Shown here in pieces: positions 26,185 through 38,358 of a stretch of DNA of 64,000 nt (its first letter is position 1; every line of letters begins with the position of its first letter). The translations under genes and the position numbers were made by a program. Origin of the DNA: Mytilus californianus. Taxonomy: Eukaryota. The notes beneath the pieces are model-generated. The model did not search any database. It was not told where the DNA came from and saw only the letters and a list, made by a program, of their open reading frames with translations. Where the stretch lies: assembly GCF_021869535.1 (NCBI RefSeq), contig NW_026262701.1:6510001-6574000 (forward strand). Direction: 5' to 3'.

Positions 26185-26935
26185 ATTTCCACAATGCTAG
26201 GGTAATTAACAGGGACATCATCGCCGATTTTATTTCCACATTGCTAGGGTAATTAGAAGAGACATCATCGCCGATTTTGATTTCCACAATGCTAGGATAA
26301 TTAGAAGGAAAATCATCGCCGATTTTATTCCCACAGTGACAATGCTAGGGTAATTAGAAAGGACATCATCGCCGATTTTATTTCCACAATTCTAGGGTAA
26401 TTAGAAGGGACGTCATCGCCGAATTCATTTCCACAATTATGCTAGGGTATTTAGAAGGGACATCATCGCTGATTTTTATTTCCACAATGGTAAGGTCATT
26501 AGAAGGGACATCATCGCCAATTTTATTTCCACAATGCTAGGGTAATTAGAAGGGACATCGCCAATTTTATTTTCACAAAAAAATGCTAGGGTAATTTGAA
26601 GGGACATCATCGCCGATTTTATTTCCACAAATTCGAAGGGACATCATCGCCGTTTTTATTTCCACAATGCTAGGGTAATTAGAAGGGACATCATCGCCGA
26701 TTTTTATTTCCACAATGCTAGGGTAATTAGAAGGGACATCATCGCCGATTTTATTTCCACAATGCTAGGGTAATTAGAAGGGACATCATCGCCGATTTAA
26801 TTTCCACAATTATGCTAGGGTAATTAGAAGGGACATCATCGCCGATTTTTATTTCCACAATGCTTAGGTAATTAGAAGGGACATCATCGCTGATTTTTAT
26901 TTCCACAATGCTTAGGTAATTAGAAAGGACATCAT
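26185..26935. repeat. 47-48-bp tandem satellite, about 16 units
   Basis: Unit ATGCTAGGGTAATTAGAAGGGACATCATCGCCGATTTTATTTCCACA, with small indels and no unique spacers. Confidence 0.97.
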
Positions 26936-26946
26936 AAAAACTACTT

Positions 26947-29560
26947 CATGAATGAATGAATGATTTTATATTCATAAACTAGTACATAGCTATATACAGA
27001 GAAAATAACAGTTCATATATAATACATATTTTGTTTCGCATGTGTGAAAATAAATAACAATATAATAATATTACAGTTCCTCTAACCAGGAGGACAGACT
27101 TTCACTGATATGTATCGTATAAATCTACACAATTTTTCTGGTTCAACAACATTTTCAGATGAAAATATATGATTAAATTTAATAATGTTAGCATTTTTGT
27201 TACAATAATGTGGTAAAATTTTTCTCTTTCTATGTTGAAAAAATTGCATGACATTATGTAGATCATCGCCAATATCTGTAGAGCTGCAGAGGTTACAAGA
27301 CCTTTCCGATCTCGGAATAGTTTGCCACCTTCCCGTCTCCACTGGCAAACTAAAACACAAAGTATATAAAAAATTAAAAGTCAAAATCGATAAATACTTT
27401 TCACATTTAAATTCGGTCTTGTAAATTCAATAACATAAACTTTTCGAGGATTGATGTAAATCTGCAAACCAGTCTTGTCGAAATTGGTCTTTTAGCTTTT
27501 GCTCAATACTTAATTTTATCCATTTTTTGTTAAAATAATCTTGGCAATGCCATACATTTGACATGCCACATTCATCAAATATTTTCTTAATAAATAACAT
27601 CCATTTATTTCCAATACCATAATTGTTACAATTAACGTATAATAGTTTATAAAGTATACAGGATAATTTATCTTCATTTCTATTATCAAGAAGGCGACAC
27701 CAAAAGTTGATCATTCGTAGTTTAGCATATAAAGAAATAGGGTATCTCACAAGTTCTCCATAAATCATAAAATTTGGAGTCGAGTTTTTAAGTTTTAAAA
27801 TGTGCTTACAGAATTTCAAATGCACTCGCTCAAGTATATCAAAATTTTCGTATCCCCAAATTTCAGCCCCGTATAGAAGAATGGGTACAACAGCTTTATC
27901 AAACATATTTAGTTGGCATTCAATCGATAAGTGGTTTAATCTACTCTTCTTGGTAACACTGTACATAGCTTTAGTTGCTTGGTCTCGTAAATATTTCCTA
28001 GTTTCGAAAAAAGATGCATTTCTAGAGAAAATAACACCAAGGTATTTATAATGTTTAACTATCTCTATTTCTTCTTTTTCAATATAAAACTTCAAATTAT
28101 TTGATATTCTTCCTCTTGTAAAAACCATCACTTTGGTTTTTTGCTAACATTGATTCTTAATTTCCAATTATTACAATACTGTGAAAAATTATTTAAAAGT
28201 AACTGTAAATCTGAACTTGATTCAGCAAGTAAAATAGTATCATTGGCATATAATAATACAAACAGTTTAAGGTATATATTTAGTTCATTTTCTATATCCA
28301 ATGTTAAAGATTGTACACCACTAATGTTAACATTTTCTAAATACTGCTGCAAATCGTTCAAATATAGAGAGAATAACAAAGGAGAAAGATTTTCCCCTTG
28401 TCTAACACCAATTTCACTAGCAAACATGTCAGATAAATTATTATTATGTACAATACGTGATTTAACATAATCATACATATTTTTAACAATTCTAAGAAAC
28501 TTTCCTTTTACATTATTCAAAAGGAGTTTTTATAATAAAGAATTACGGTGTACAAAATCAAACGCCTTTTCAAAATCTACAAAAGCGCAAAAAAGCTTTT
28601 TCTTTTTAACACTGAGAAGTTCAAAAAGTGCATATAAAGAAAAAAATATGATCCGTAGTAGAGTAACCATGTCGGAAGCCGGCTTGATTTAAGTCAATGT
28701 GTCTTGTATACAATTCATCGAGATCTTTTTGTAAGCGAAATATAGCTTCGTTCGCAGAATCAGTATCTTCTCGAATTACCGCACATTCACCTTTGACATC
28801 TGACACATCCTTTTTCGCATCTTCAAATTTTTCGTTTATGAAATTCATACCCTGCTCAACATCATCAACTCTTTTGGACACTTTTTCTACAGTTTTTACT
28901 AAATTTTGGACGGTTCTGTCAAATGTAGAAATCTTTTTTGAAAGTTCATCAAGTGTTGACAATTTGTCACATATTATATTAACTTTTTGGGTAAGATCGT
29001 CAAGTTTGCAATTTGCGTCTAAATAAGGATTCACCATTGGCTACATAACAGAGTTTATATTCTGTGGAGTACTGGTGTAAAAACCAACTGCCGGGGAACT
29101 TGGAGATTGTTGAGTAAAATGTGGATTCTGGACTGGCTGCGTCAATGAGTAAGGTTGAAATTGCTGTCTATTTTGTGTAACTGGGGTATCGTAGACGGGA
29201 ACATTAAAAGTTGCCATATTTACATTATTGGTCGAGTATTCATTTGTTTTGTTTTTGTTTACATTACTCTTAATTTTGTTTACGTTTGACGAGGACTTTT
29301 GAGTATTAATCACTGTCTTTTTGTTTGGATTCTCACCACTCACATTCTGTGTACTTGATTTTTTCCTTTTTCTAACCTTCTTTTCTCCTTTTTTTGAATT
29401 CATAGAGAAAAACTAATGTTCCTTTTGTAAAATGTCATATTCTATCACTGTAAGTTCAATTGAAAACACCTCATATTCATTAAGTAAATTATTTTTTGAA
29501 GTAGAGAAAACAAACACGACTTTCTTTTTTCTTTTTTCACACATGCTAAATCTCCTAAAT
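26947..29560 (-). mobile_element. Internally deleted CR1/L2-group LINE (ORF1 N-terminus fused to RT; endonuclease absent)
   Basis: ORF1 piece 29403-28621 in one frame with a TAG at 29043-29041 and a coiled coil. RT motifs NQAGFR, FVDFEKAFD, GVRQGENLSPLLF, LYAND (YADD mutated), LYGAEIW and C-terminal VETGRW..ERSCNLC. (TTCA)n tail at 26948-26963. 5' boundary approximate and no TSD found. Confidence 0.88.
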
Positions 29561-29809
29561 GGCACTTCTTTCGGAGAATGAATGTTTATTTGTTGACCAG
29601 AAATTGGCTTTTTTTATCTACCCGAGCAACGTTCTAACAAAAAAAATTCATAGATTTTTTATTAAGTTTTGTTACCTAATTTCGCAGTTTTCTGAATTTC
29701 TTCCATGTCTTTTGTATTTTTTTTTTTTTTTGCTTGATATATTGTGTTATGTGCCTCTCCAAAGACAGAAACCAATATTCTATTGGTTGTCGTTAGTTGT
29801 TGCCTGTCA

Positions 29810-30120
29810 TAGAAATAAGAAGATGTGGTATGAGTGCCAATGAGACAACTCTCCATCACAAAGTGTAAAAAGTAAACGATTATAGGTCAAAGTACGGCAT
29901 TCAACACGGAGCATTGGCTAACACCGAACAGCATGCAAGCTATAAAGGGCCCCGAAATGACTAGTGTAAAACAGAGACATATACACACAACGTGAGGAAA
30001 ACCAACGGTCTAATCTATATAAAAACGAGAAACGAGAAACCTCACTTAAGAACCACATCAACAAACGACAACCACTGAAACAGGTTCCTGACTTAGGACA
30101 GCAGTGCAAACAAATGCAGA
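29810..30120 (-). mobile_element. Copy of the dispersed repeat family (reverse of 4210/24175); another fragment follows at about 30125-30425
   Basis: TAGAAATAAGAAGATGTGGTATGAGTGCCAATGAGACAACTCTCC at 29810. Confidence 0.75.
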
Positions 30121-30210
30121 TATTCGTTTATTGTTTAAGCATAACTCAGGCCGTTGGTCTTTTAAATTGTTTCACATTTTTTCATACCGGGAGGCTTTTA
30201 TGGCTTACTA

Positions 30211-30367
30211 CAGGGGCGGATCCAGCCATTTACAGAGCGGGGGGTTCCTAACCCAGGATAAAAGGGGGGGGGGGGGGTTTCCAACTATATGTCCCCATTC
30301 AAATGCATTGATCGTCAAAAAAAGGGGGGTTCCAAACCCCGGACTCCCCCCCCTGGATCCGCCACTG
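30211..30367. mobile_element. MITE with CAGGGGCGGATCCAG / CTGGATCCGCCACTG TIRs
   Basis: 15-bp TIR with one mismatch; flanked by TACTA on both sides; interrupts a dispersed repeat. Confidence 0.85.
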
Positions 30368-30510
30368 TACTATACGTATGTGTTTTTCTCACTGTTGAAG
30401 CCTTTACGGTGACCTATTGTTGTTTGACAAATATCCACGTGAGAACAAATGACAATTTAAGGATATAATACGAATATGCTACGAAAGTGGTATTTGTGAA
30501 CCGAATCAAT

Positions 30511-30550
30511 TGAGGATTTGTATAGTAAGATATTACTATACAAATCCTTG
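30511..30550. mobile_element. ~40-bp palindromic micro-element
   Basis: (T)GAGGATTTGTATAGTAAGATATTACTATACAAATCCTTG flanked by ACCGAAT(CAAT) direct repeats. Confidence 0.75.
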
Positions 30551-30914
30551 ACCGAATCAATATAAAACTTTCGTATTCGTATTCGTATTACATTCTTGTC
30601 CTTTGTTCTCTAGTAGTGGATATTTGTCTCAGTATTGACAATCATAACACATCTCCGTATTTTTTATTTATATAACTCGAAAATATATATGATCTGAAAA
30701 AATACACAAATTTATGAATTATATTCTTTGGGTTATCAGAAAAATATTCATGAGTAATCTTGCTTTCCTTATCAATATGACATTATCATTGTAGTATTTT
30801 CTTTCTTTTAATTTCTGGTTTTGCATCTAAATCATATTTCCACTTATGACATTAATTAAAAAAATAGAGAAAAAAAAATTGTTTTATCGAAAAATAATTG
30901 AAAAAAGGACGCCG

Positions 30915-31058
30915 CAATGGCGGATCCAGAACTTTTCATAAGGCTGACTGACCTAAGGGGGGCCCGCTCCAGTCATGCTTTAGTGCTGCCCTATATAATC
31001 AACCAGATTTTTCCCACAAAAGGGGCCCCCTACCCCAGGCCCCCTGGATCCGCCTATG
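30915..31058. mobile_element. hAT-like MITE with GGCGGATCCAG TIRs
   Basis: CAATGGCGGATCCAG / CTGGATCCGCCTATG; 8-bp TSD GGACGCCG/GGACGCCC with one mismatch. Confidence 0.8.
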
Positions 31059-31577
31059 GGACGCCCCAAAACTCGGACTGTACTTTTATAATTTAAATTG
31101 ATTTACCCGCCAAATTATTTATGGCGGGAAATTTTCATTGGTATGCAGAGAAAAACCCCGAGAAGTTCGAAATACATAGAACAGAAGAAGGGAAGGAGCG
31201 AAGTTACATTAATAATATTGGATGGTTCTTTGTTGACCTCATAGGTAAACAAGACAAACATATTTTGTTCGTATTATGACAACATGTACAAAAATTTACC
31301 TCACTTTAAAATTGCCGCAAAAATCTAGCATTGGCTCACAAGATGCATCTAATTACCAATATTTTATATATATTTAAATTTATTTTAATATATTTTGAAA
31401 TTCAAAAGAGTTTATTAGCGTGCCTGGTCCATAGGGTGAAGTGAGCTTTACTCATCACTTGGCGTCCGTCGTCGTCCGTTAACTTTTGCAACATTCTTCT
31501 CTGAAACTACTGGCCACACTCATTATTGGTGTATTTAGTTTTAAAAGTGTGTCAGATGACCCAACCTTCCAACCAAC

Positions 31578-31616
31578 CAAGGATTTGTATAGCATATCTT
31601 ACTATACAAATCCTTG
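31578..31616. mobile_element. 39-bp palindromic micro-element with 7-bp TSD
   Basis: CAAGGATTTGTATAGCATATCTTACTATACAAATCCTTG; AACCAAC at 31571-31577 and 31617-31623. Confidence 0.85.
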
Positions 31617-32134
31617 AACCAACATGGCAAAAAAAAAATAGATCATAGGGTTAAGATTCAAGTATTGCCTATTATCTTGAAAACCAATAAAGATAGAGAA
31701 AAGACATGCTAAAATGTTCTTAAAGTTGATCAAGATCTGCCAGCTGTCCATTAATACATAAACTGTCCGACAACTCCTAGGAGTTATTGTCAATATTGGC
31801 TATTGCCCTTATATGACTATTTTAACCAATATCTTTTTTATGTTTGTCTATTATTTTGAAATTTATACTGGTTATCATGGTTATAGTAAAACTTTTCTAA
31901 ATTGCGAAAATGATCAGGACAAGATCTAATTTGTCAACTAGGTTAATATGAGGATAGGAATGCCATTTACCTTCAGTCGTCAGACAGTTGTTTTCTGTTA
32001 CGGTTTGCGTTAAATTGGTTAAAATTTTATCGTGATTTGTCAAAATATCATTGTGATTCGTCAGAGGTCTCAAATAATTATCCATTACCATTATTTTTGG
32101 AAAGAATTTTACGTGATTTGTCAAAATCAGTTGA

Positions 32135-32792
32135 TTTTTGTCAAGCCTTCGACTTTTGTCGAAAAAGCGAGACATAGCGATCCTACATTCCGTCGGCAGC
32201 ATCCACAAATATTCACTCTGTGGTTAAAGTTTTTCAAATTTTAATAACTTTCTTAAACTATCCGTGATTTCTACCAAACTAGGACAGAAGCTTGTTTATG
32301 ATCATAAGATAGTATCCAGAAGTAAATTTTGTAAAAAAAAAATTCCATTTTTTCCGTATTTTACTTATAAATGGACTTAGTTTTTCTGCCAGGAAACATT
32401 ACATTCACTCTGTGGTTAAAGTTTAAAATTTTAATAACTTTCTTAAACTATCCTGGATTTGTACCAAACTTGGACAGAAGCTTATTTATGATCAAAAGCT
32501 AGTATCTAGAAGGAAATTTTTATTAAAATTTTGTACTTGTTTATCCATATTTTACTTATAAATGGACTTAGTTTTTCTTCCAGTTAACATTACATACAGT
32601 CTGCAGTTAAAGTTTTTAAAACATTTATTAGATTCATAAACTATCCTGAATTTTTGCTAAACTTGGACAGAAGCTTCTTACAATCAAAAGATAGTATCAA
32701 GAGGAATATTTTTACTATTTTTTTTCCTCGTTTTTGTTGAGCCTGCGATTAACAGCAAAAATAGGCGAGACACTGGGTTCCAAGGAACCCTT
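32135..32792 (+). mobile_element. HINE-like element with ~190-bp internal units
   Basis: 5' hairpin TTCGACTTTTGTCGAA plus AGCGAGACA; 3' GGCGAGACA then a perfect hairpin GGGTTCC-AA-GGAACCC. Confidence 0.8.
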
Positions 32793-34228
32793 ATGAATTT
32801 TTTATCTTCATAAAGAAAATGTACATTTTATCGTCATGACCCAAAACTTACTGTTAACATCATTTGGCAAAATTTTTTACCATTAATCGTCATGAAGGTA
32901 CCCCCATTACGACGATCTGATATCAGAGAGGTCAACTCCTAGTAAGAGTTGTTGCCCCTTAAATTATAATTTTTATAATTTTTTGCATTTTTTACCAAAA
33001 ACCAAAGAAGATTAAGAAAACTTGTAAACAGCAAAAATAACCAGTGAGACAAGATCTGCAAATGTATCAACACAGCTGAAATTTCAGTCAATTCCTAATT
33101 GGAGTTATTGCCCTTTAAAGATTTGTTTACCCATTTTTTGGCTATGTAAAAAACTATAATAGATATTGAAAATGATCTGCAATACAAGATAAAAAAAAAA
33201 AATATTTGTCATGAATTATATTCTAGTTTTAAATGTTGGTGAGTGGCCATTATTGAAAGTGCACATATATAACCAGGTGAGTGACACAGGCTCTGTAAAC
33301 CCTTTTGTGTTTTATTTAAAGTTTATATTTAACTCATGAGAAGGACTGAGCTTTTTAGATTGAGAAAATAACAAATATATATACATGACAGAAGTATTTT
33401 AATATCTAGAAACTATAAAGCATCTTTCAATGTACTATTAGACCATTTGTCAATTTAATACTATTGTCTGATTGGTTAGTCAGGGGAATTTTCGAATGTT
33501 ATTAAAAACTTTATATTATGTGGAAGGGAAGACTAAAACTAAAACTACAGATTGAAGACTAATTACCTGAAATAACACGGATTCAAAACTCAAAGAAAAT
33601 GAAATTTTTTTGAAGTTTAATGCATTTTTAGGTAAAGTCTGTTGTCAAGGGATTTTAGTAAAAATTTAAGGGGCGTCTGACTTTTTTTCAGCACACTTCA
33701 TGAATAAAATAATCATATGCCTAAATCTTAATTGAAAAATGTTTGAACAAGAATTTGAAAATGAAACAAGAAGATGTGGTATGATTACCAATGAGATAAC
33801 TCTCCACCAGATATGAAATAAGATAAGTGAGAAATACACCACAAAGTTAGAAAATTTGTAGTAGGGCCAAAAATAAAATTTAAATTGTTTGATGTTGCCA
33901 CATACCCACCTAAAAAGCAGCCTACCTGGAAAAAAATTTATGATATTTATTAATCATTTCAATTTTTATTTGAAAGATTTTTCCTGCTCTCACGTCGTTC
34001 TCTTGTCTACAAAATGTAACTCTTGTTGTTGGCCAAAAAAATTAAATCCCTACCTGCCTACCTACCCAACCCTACAAGGCAAGGTGGCCTAGCATGAAGC
34101 ATTTTTGTTAAGCACACTCACCTACTCAGTTGTTATGACTCATTTGAAAGATATTTCACTCATCCCATATTCTTTATTTCATGGTACTGTGAATTACTAA
34201 TGTTCTTATATAACATGTAGCCTTAACA

Positions 34229-35436
34229 CAGGGGTTTCATTATTTTTTTAGACTGGAGGTACCTTTGAGATTATAGGGGGAACCAAACTTAAACGGCAAG
34301 GGGTCTGGGGGCCGCTTAAGGCCCCCAGTGGGTCCAGGGCTAGCCCTGGTAGGGGGACCAGGGGGGCAAAGCCCCCCGGAAGCTCATGGATTTTAGGGAT
34401 TTCAGCCTTAATTTTTTGCTTAAAAAAATAGGGTAAAGTCTGTAATATTTGCTTCAATTTTGGGTAAGTTAACATTGAATTGTTTTTTTTCTAGACATGC
34501 TAGAGTAATCATCTGAAAATACATTGCTTATAATTATTTTGTAATCAGTTATAAAATATGTATGACCATGGAAGTATTATATTGTCAATATAATACTTCC
34601 ATGGTATGACCTATAACGCAGGGGTTTCATGTGAAATGTTGTTTAAATGTTTTGTTTGTTTTTATACTTTTATTAAATGTTTTGCATTTGTTCAATTTTG
34701 CAAATTAATCATAGGATTCTTGACTATAGTAAGTAAAAAAAAAAAAATTTTCACTTCTTCTTAGCTGTCTTTTTTTTTAATTTTAGAAGTCTTAAATCTC
34801 GTCAGATGTTATATTTTGTAAACGTAACAGTTATGTTAGTTCAGATTGTAAAATGTTTCACGATGTCTTACACTAAAAAATTCAATCACAACATAGAACA
34901 CATATCGTGAAAACGGAGATCAGTGACAACGTCCAACGGGAAACGAACTGATTTGATACGATTAACGATTTTTCTGAATTTCATAGAATGTTCACCTTTA
35001 TTAAACCTTTTATTCATAAAATAATCTGTGATACAAGCTGCTTTCCTTTTATTAGACATAATATTGCTGTTGTTGTTTAAATTCATCAACAATTTGCCGC
35101 TTGAAAATATACTGCTAAATCGTCGCATTTTAAAGCGCTCTTACGATACAGATACAGACACATGGTTTGTAATTATCACTTCTCCTACTTTGGAGGTGTG
35201 CCTAAATTGGCAGAAGATAGATCTATACTTTAACGCGGACCTCGACGAAGACACCTATAAACATACACATGAACGGCGTAGAACGGAGATTGTCAAGGAA
35301 TGAAAGAAATTAGATTTGAACGATCTTCAAAAGAATTTTACACATTTTTTTTTTGTATTTTTATTTTTTCTGCCGGTACCAGACGCTTCCGTAGGCGGGT
35401 AAAAGTACCGGGTACCGGGTATTAATGAATGCACTG
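34229..35436. mobile_element. Probable hAT-like deletion derivative
   Basis: CAGGGGTTTCATTA versus reverse CAGTGCATTCATTA; TTAACA on both flanks; second CAGGGGTTTCAT at 34619. Minus-strand MSNKRKAACITDYF resembles a transposase N-terminus (weak). Confidence 0.4.
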
Positions 35437-35498
35437 TTAACATATAGAAATAATAGAATCTGAAGTGAGATGATGTATCAAATGTTTTTGCTTTATAA

Positions 35499-35779
35499 CC
35501 TTAAAACAAGGAATTATTTGAATCTGGAATAATTTTGAATTCTGGAAAATTGATTAGAAATGTATGATGAAAACTAACCCAACTAAATAGGGTTAGCCAT
35601 GCGCGCATGGCTAAGGTTAATTTTACTTTCACTATCATTTCAGTATGAACTAACTAACCCCCCTTAGCCATGCGTGCATGGCTAACCCTATTTAGTTGGG
35701 TTAGTTTTCATCATAAATTTCTCATCAATTTTCCAGAATTAAAAATTATTCCAGATTCAAATAATTCCTTGTTTTAAGG
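35499..35779. mobile_element. Foldback element: two 118-bp inverted arms, each containing a 22-bp palindrome
   Basis: Arms 35499-35616 and 35662-35779 differ at 4 positions; TTAGCCATGCGCGCATGGCTAA lies in the left arm. Confidence 0.85.
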
Positions 35780-36223
35780 ACAAAACAGTCAACACAAAAG
35801 CACCTAAAGGCAAAAAGCTGTACTCAACTTTTGCTTCTCAATAACTTTATTGCCTATATTTAGCATTTTCCCCAAAAACTGTTTGCCGGGGGGTCAGAGA
35901 TGCAAATTAGTTCTTTAAAAGGTTCAGTCTTGTATCTGTCTGTTGAATTTATGCTTTGACATATTCAAGATCCAAATGTATTATTTGCACCTCCTATAAT
36001 CAACTGTTTTGTATATGAAAGTTTACAAATATCTCTAAGCTCCATACTATAATTTGAGTATAAACATGTATATAAGGTGCATAAAATGTCTCAATTATGC
36101 ACCAACATTAAACTTTAAAAAGCCATGGAAAAATCAAATATACCAACTTGCCCATTTTTTAAGTCACAAATTTTGAGAAATGTCTTTTGTATACACAAAC
36201 ACTCCAAAAGTATAGGTAGGAGG

Positions 36224-37279
36224 CAGGGCTTCCAAAATTATTTTTAGCCAGCCGGACATTTTATATATTAAACCGATTTTAATCCCTTAAGACTAAATAA
36301 AGAAAAGGCAATTATGGTAATCATGCAGTTGCCGAGTTGGCCATCCCAATGATTGACATTAAAAAAAAAACGATATTAAACTTTCTTTGATTCAAATTCG
36401 AAGTTCTGACGTAAACTGTTAAATTGGCAGTGCATCATTCGAAGTGTGCAACATCACCGTACTTATATCTGCCTTAGACTTTTTATTTGTGCAAAATAAC
36501 GTTGTCAAAAACTTTACTTTCGTTTTTAAATCTACCGGATGTTATCTTGACAATGGTAAAACATGGACCAGAGATGGATACGTAAACTCCGTGTACGTTT
36601 GCAAAGCATGAATGAGTGTATAAGTAGCTCATTCTACGTTATTTCTTCAAGAAAATATTCGAAATAAACGTGAGATAAAGGTATCAATGACAATTTAAGC
36701 ATTTTTTGAAGAAATTAGGATGCATAATTAAATTTCACACCTGCTCACATGCGCACACATGTACTAGTTCAAACAGAAACATGTCTCTGGTTCAAACAAA
36801 GTGGTTATGACGATTTTTCATTTTCACCTTTTTAATTTTTTCATCAAATCATATTTGTAAATGTATTTCTGATAATTTAAATCTTTTTAACTAAATTAAT
36901 CAGATTGAAACCGGTGAAATGTAAGAAAATAAGTTGAATAGACCGATCAATGTCCATTTCAAAATAGTTTACCTGTCACCTGAATAGGTCAATTTCAGCT
37001 GTTCGACAACTAATTAGCCTTGATTAAAATGAGAAGGTATTAAAGTAGGGGTTGTTTTGATAGTACTTAATGATCATGTCACTTTTATGACCGGAAATGT
37101 GTGGCTGTTAAAGGCAAGAGGTTGGGTCAAAAAGATCGCGAATTATATTAAAAATTATTGTGACTGGCTCTAAAAAAGCCTTGAAAACTAAAAAGTAGAT
37201 GACCGTTTCGTGCTTTGCCCTGCACTTTTACCGGACATTATACAAATGTCCGGAATATATGACTGTTTTGGAAGCCTTG
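36224..37279. mobile_element. Non-autonomous hAT element, 1056 bp
   Basis: TIR CAGGGCTTCCAAAA / TTTTGGAAGCCTTG (13/14); perfect 8-bp TSD GTAGGAGG at 36216-36223 and 37280-37287. Confidence 0.92.
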
Positions 37280-37381
37280 GTAGGAGGCCAATGAAATTTT
37301 GCATAGTTGTTGTGGGTGATACTTAGATGTGTTAATTATATTTTGGTGAAATTTAGCTCATCAATTTGGAAAAAAACTTAG

Positions 37382-37557
37382 TTTTTAGCTCACCTGGCCC
37401 CACATGGCCCAAAGGGCCAAGTGAGCTTTTCTCATCACTTGTCGTCCGTCGTCGTTAACTCTTTACATTTTGAACATTTAGAGAACCACTGAATGGAATG
37501 AAACCAAACATGGTATGAATGTTTCTTTTGAGGTGCTGACGAAGTGTTGTTACTTTG
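37382..37557 (+). mobile_element. 5' fragment of a HINE-like element (family of 56759-58163)
   Basis: TTTTTAGCTCACCTGGCCC...GGGCCAAGTGAGCTTTTCTCATCACTTG; similarity stops at 37557. Confidence 0.75.
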
Positions 37558-38267
37558 TGGATATTTTAACACCCTGAAGTATCCAAGTACACCCTGAGAC
37601 GCAGCCGAAGGGTGTACAGGGTACTGAAGGGTGTTAAAATATCCATATCTATGGATATGAACGTAGATAACGAATTTATCCCCGGTCTTAGTCTAAATCT
37701 GGCGATTTTTAGAGAAATTCGACCGCAAAGTTTAACGTGAAAGCAACGTTTTTTTCATTTTTTAAATATCTTTTATTGAAATTTGGGAATTTGACATATT
37801 TTTAACGGGGTGTAGGGTAGAACCCTACAGGTAGACAAATTTCAGACGTTTTTCAACTACAGACAGAGAAACTGAAATGGGTCGAATTTGGCGCGCAATG
37901 TTGTGAGAGTTGCATCATAAACGGTGTGACGTCAACGTGGGTCATTTGCATAGCTAGGTCAGTAGTACCATTCATTGACAATGTGGCTGCATATTGATGC
38001 ATTTACAAAAATGAGTGCAAATAATCGATATAAGATAAAATCGTTAGTGGATTAAGTATTTAATTATACATCATGGAAAATCTACAGAATTCGATATTTC
38101 ATAAGGAACAACCATGGAACTAAGGAAAACGCGCGTGAAATTCCCCGATGTAATGGGTAGCAACGTCCGTGGAATATGGGTTAGCAACACCCAGGGCTAT
38201 GGGTTTTGTAACGACGTGCGTTAACCAATCAAACTCCTAGAAATATACTAAGATGGGGATAAAATTC
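37558..38267. mobile_element. Unclassified element with an 88-bp terminal hairpin plus a second inverted-repeat pair
   Basis: TGGATATTTTAACACCCT (37558) / AGGGTGTTAAAATATCCA (to 37645), with inner GTACACCCT/AGGGTGTAC; GAATTTATCCCCGGTCTTAGT (37672) / ACTAAGATGGGGATAAAATTC (to 38267). Confidence 0.6.
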
Positions 38268-38358
38268 CTTGTTAACTGATGATAAGTCAATATTTTGTAT
38301 GCATTAGCATATCTCCTTTCTAAATTGCCATGGTGAAATCTTTCTACTGCACACTTGA

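Larger units (their letters stand above)
31411..33305 (+). mobile_element. HINE-like element carrying nested insertions
   Basis: 5' TTATTAGC..GTGAGCTTTACTCATCACTTGGCGTCCGTCGTC; 3' CAGGTGAGTGACACAGGCTCT. Interrupted by the 31578 micro-element and the 32135-32792 element. Confidence 0.65.

Noticed and set aside
26185-26935. CRISPR-like array
   Set aside because: Head-to-tail satellite without spacers, and no cas genes.
27800-29026. Plus-strand ORFs overlapping the LINE (also 42919-43197, 45196-45471, 49388-49582)
   Set aside because: Antisense shadows of LINE coding frames.
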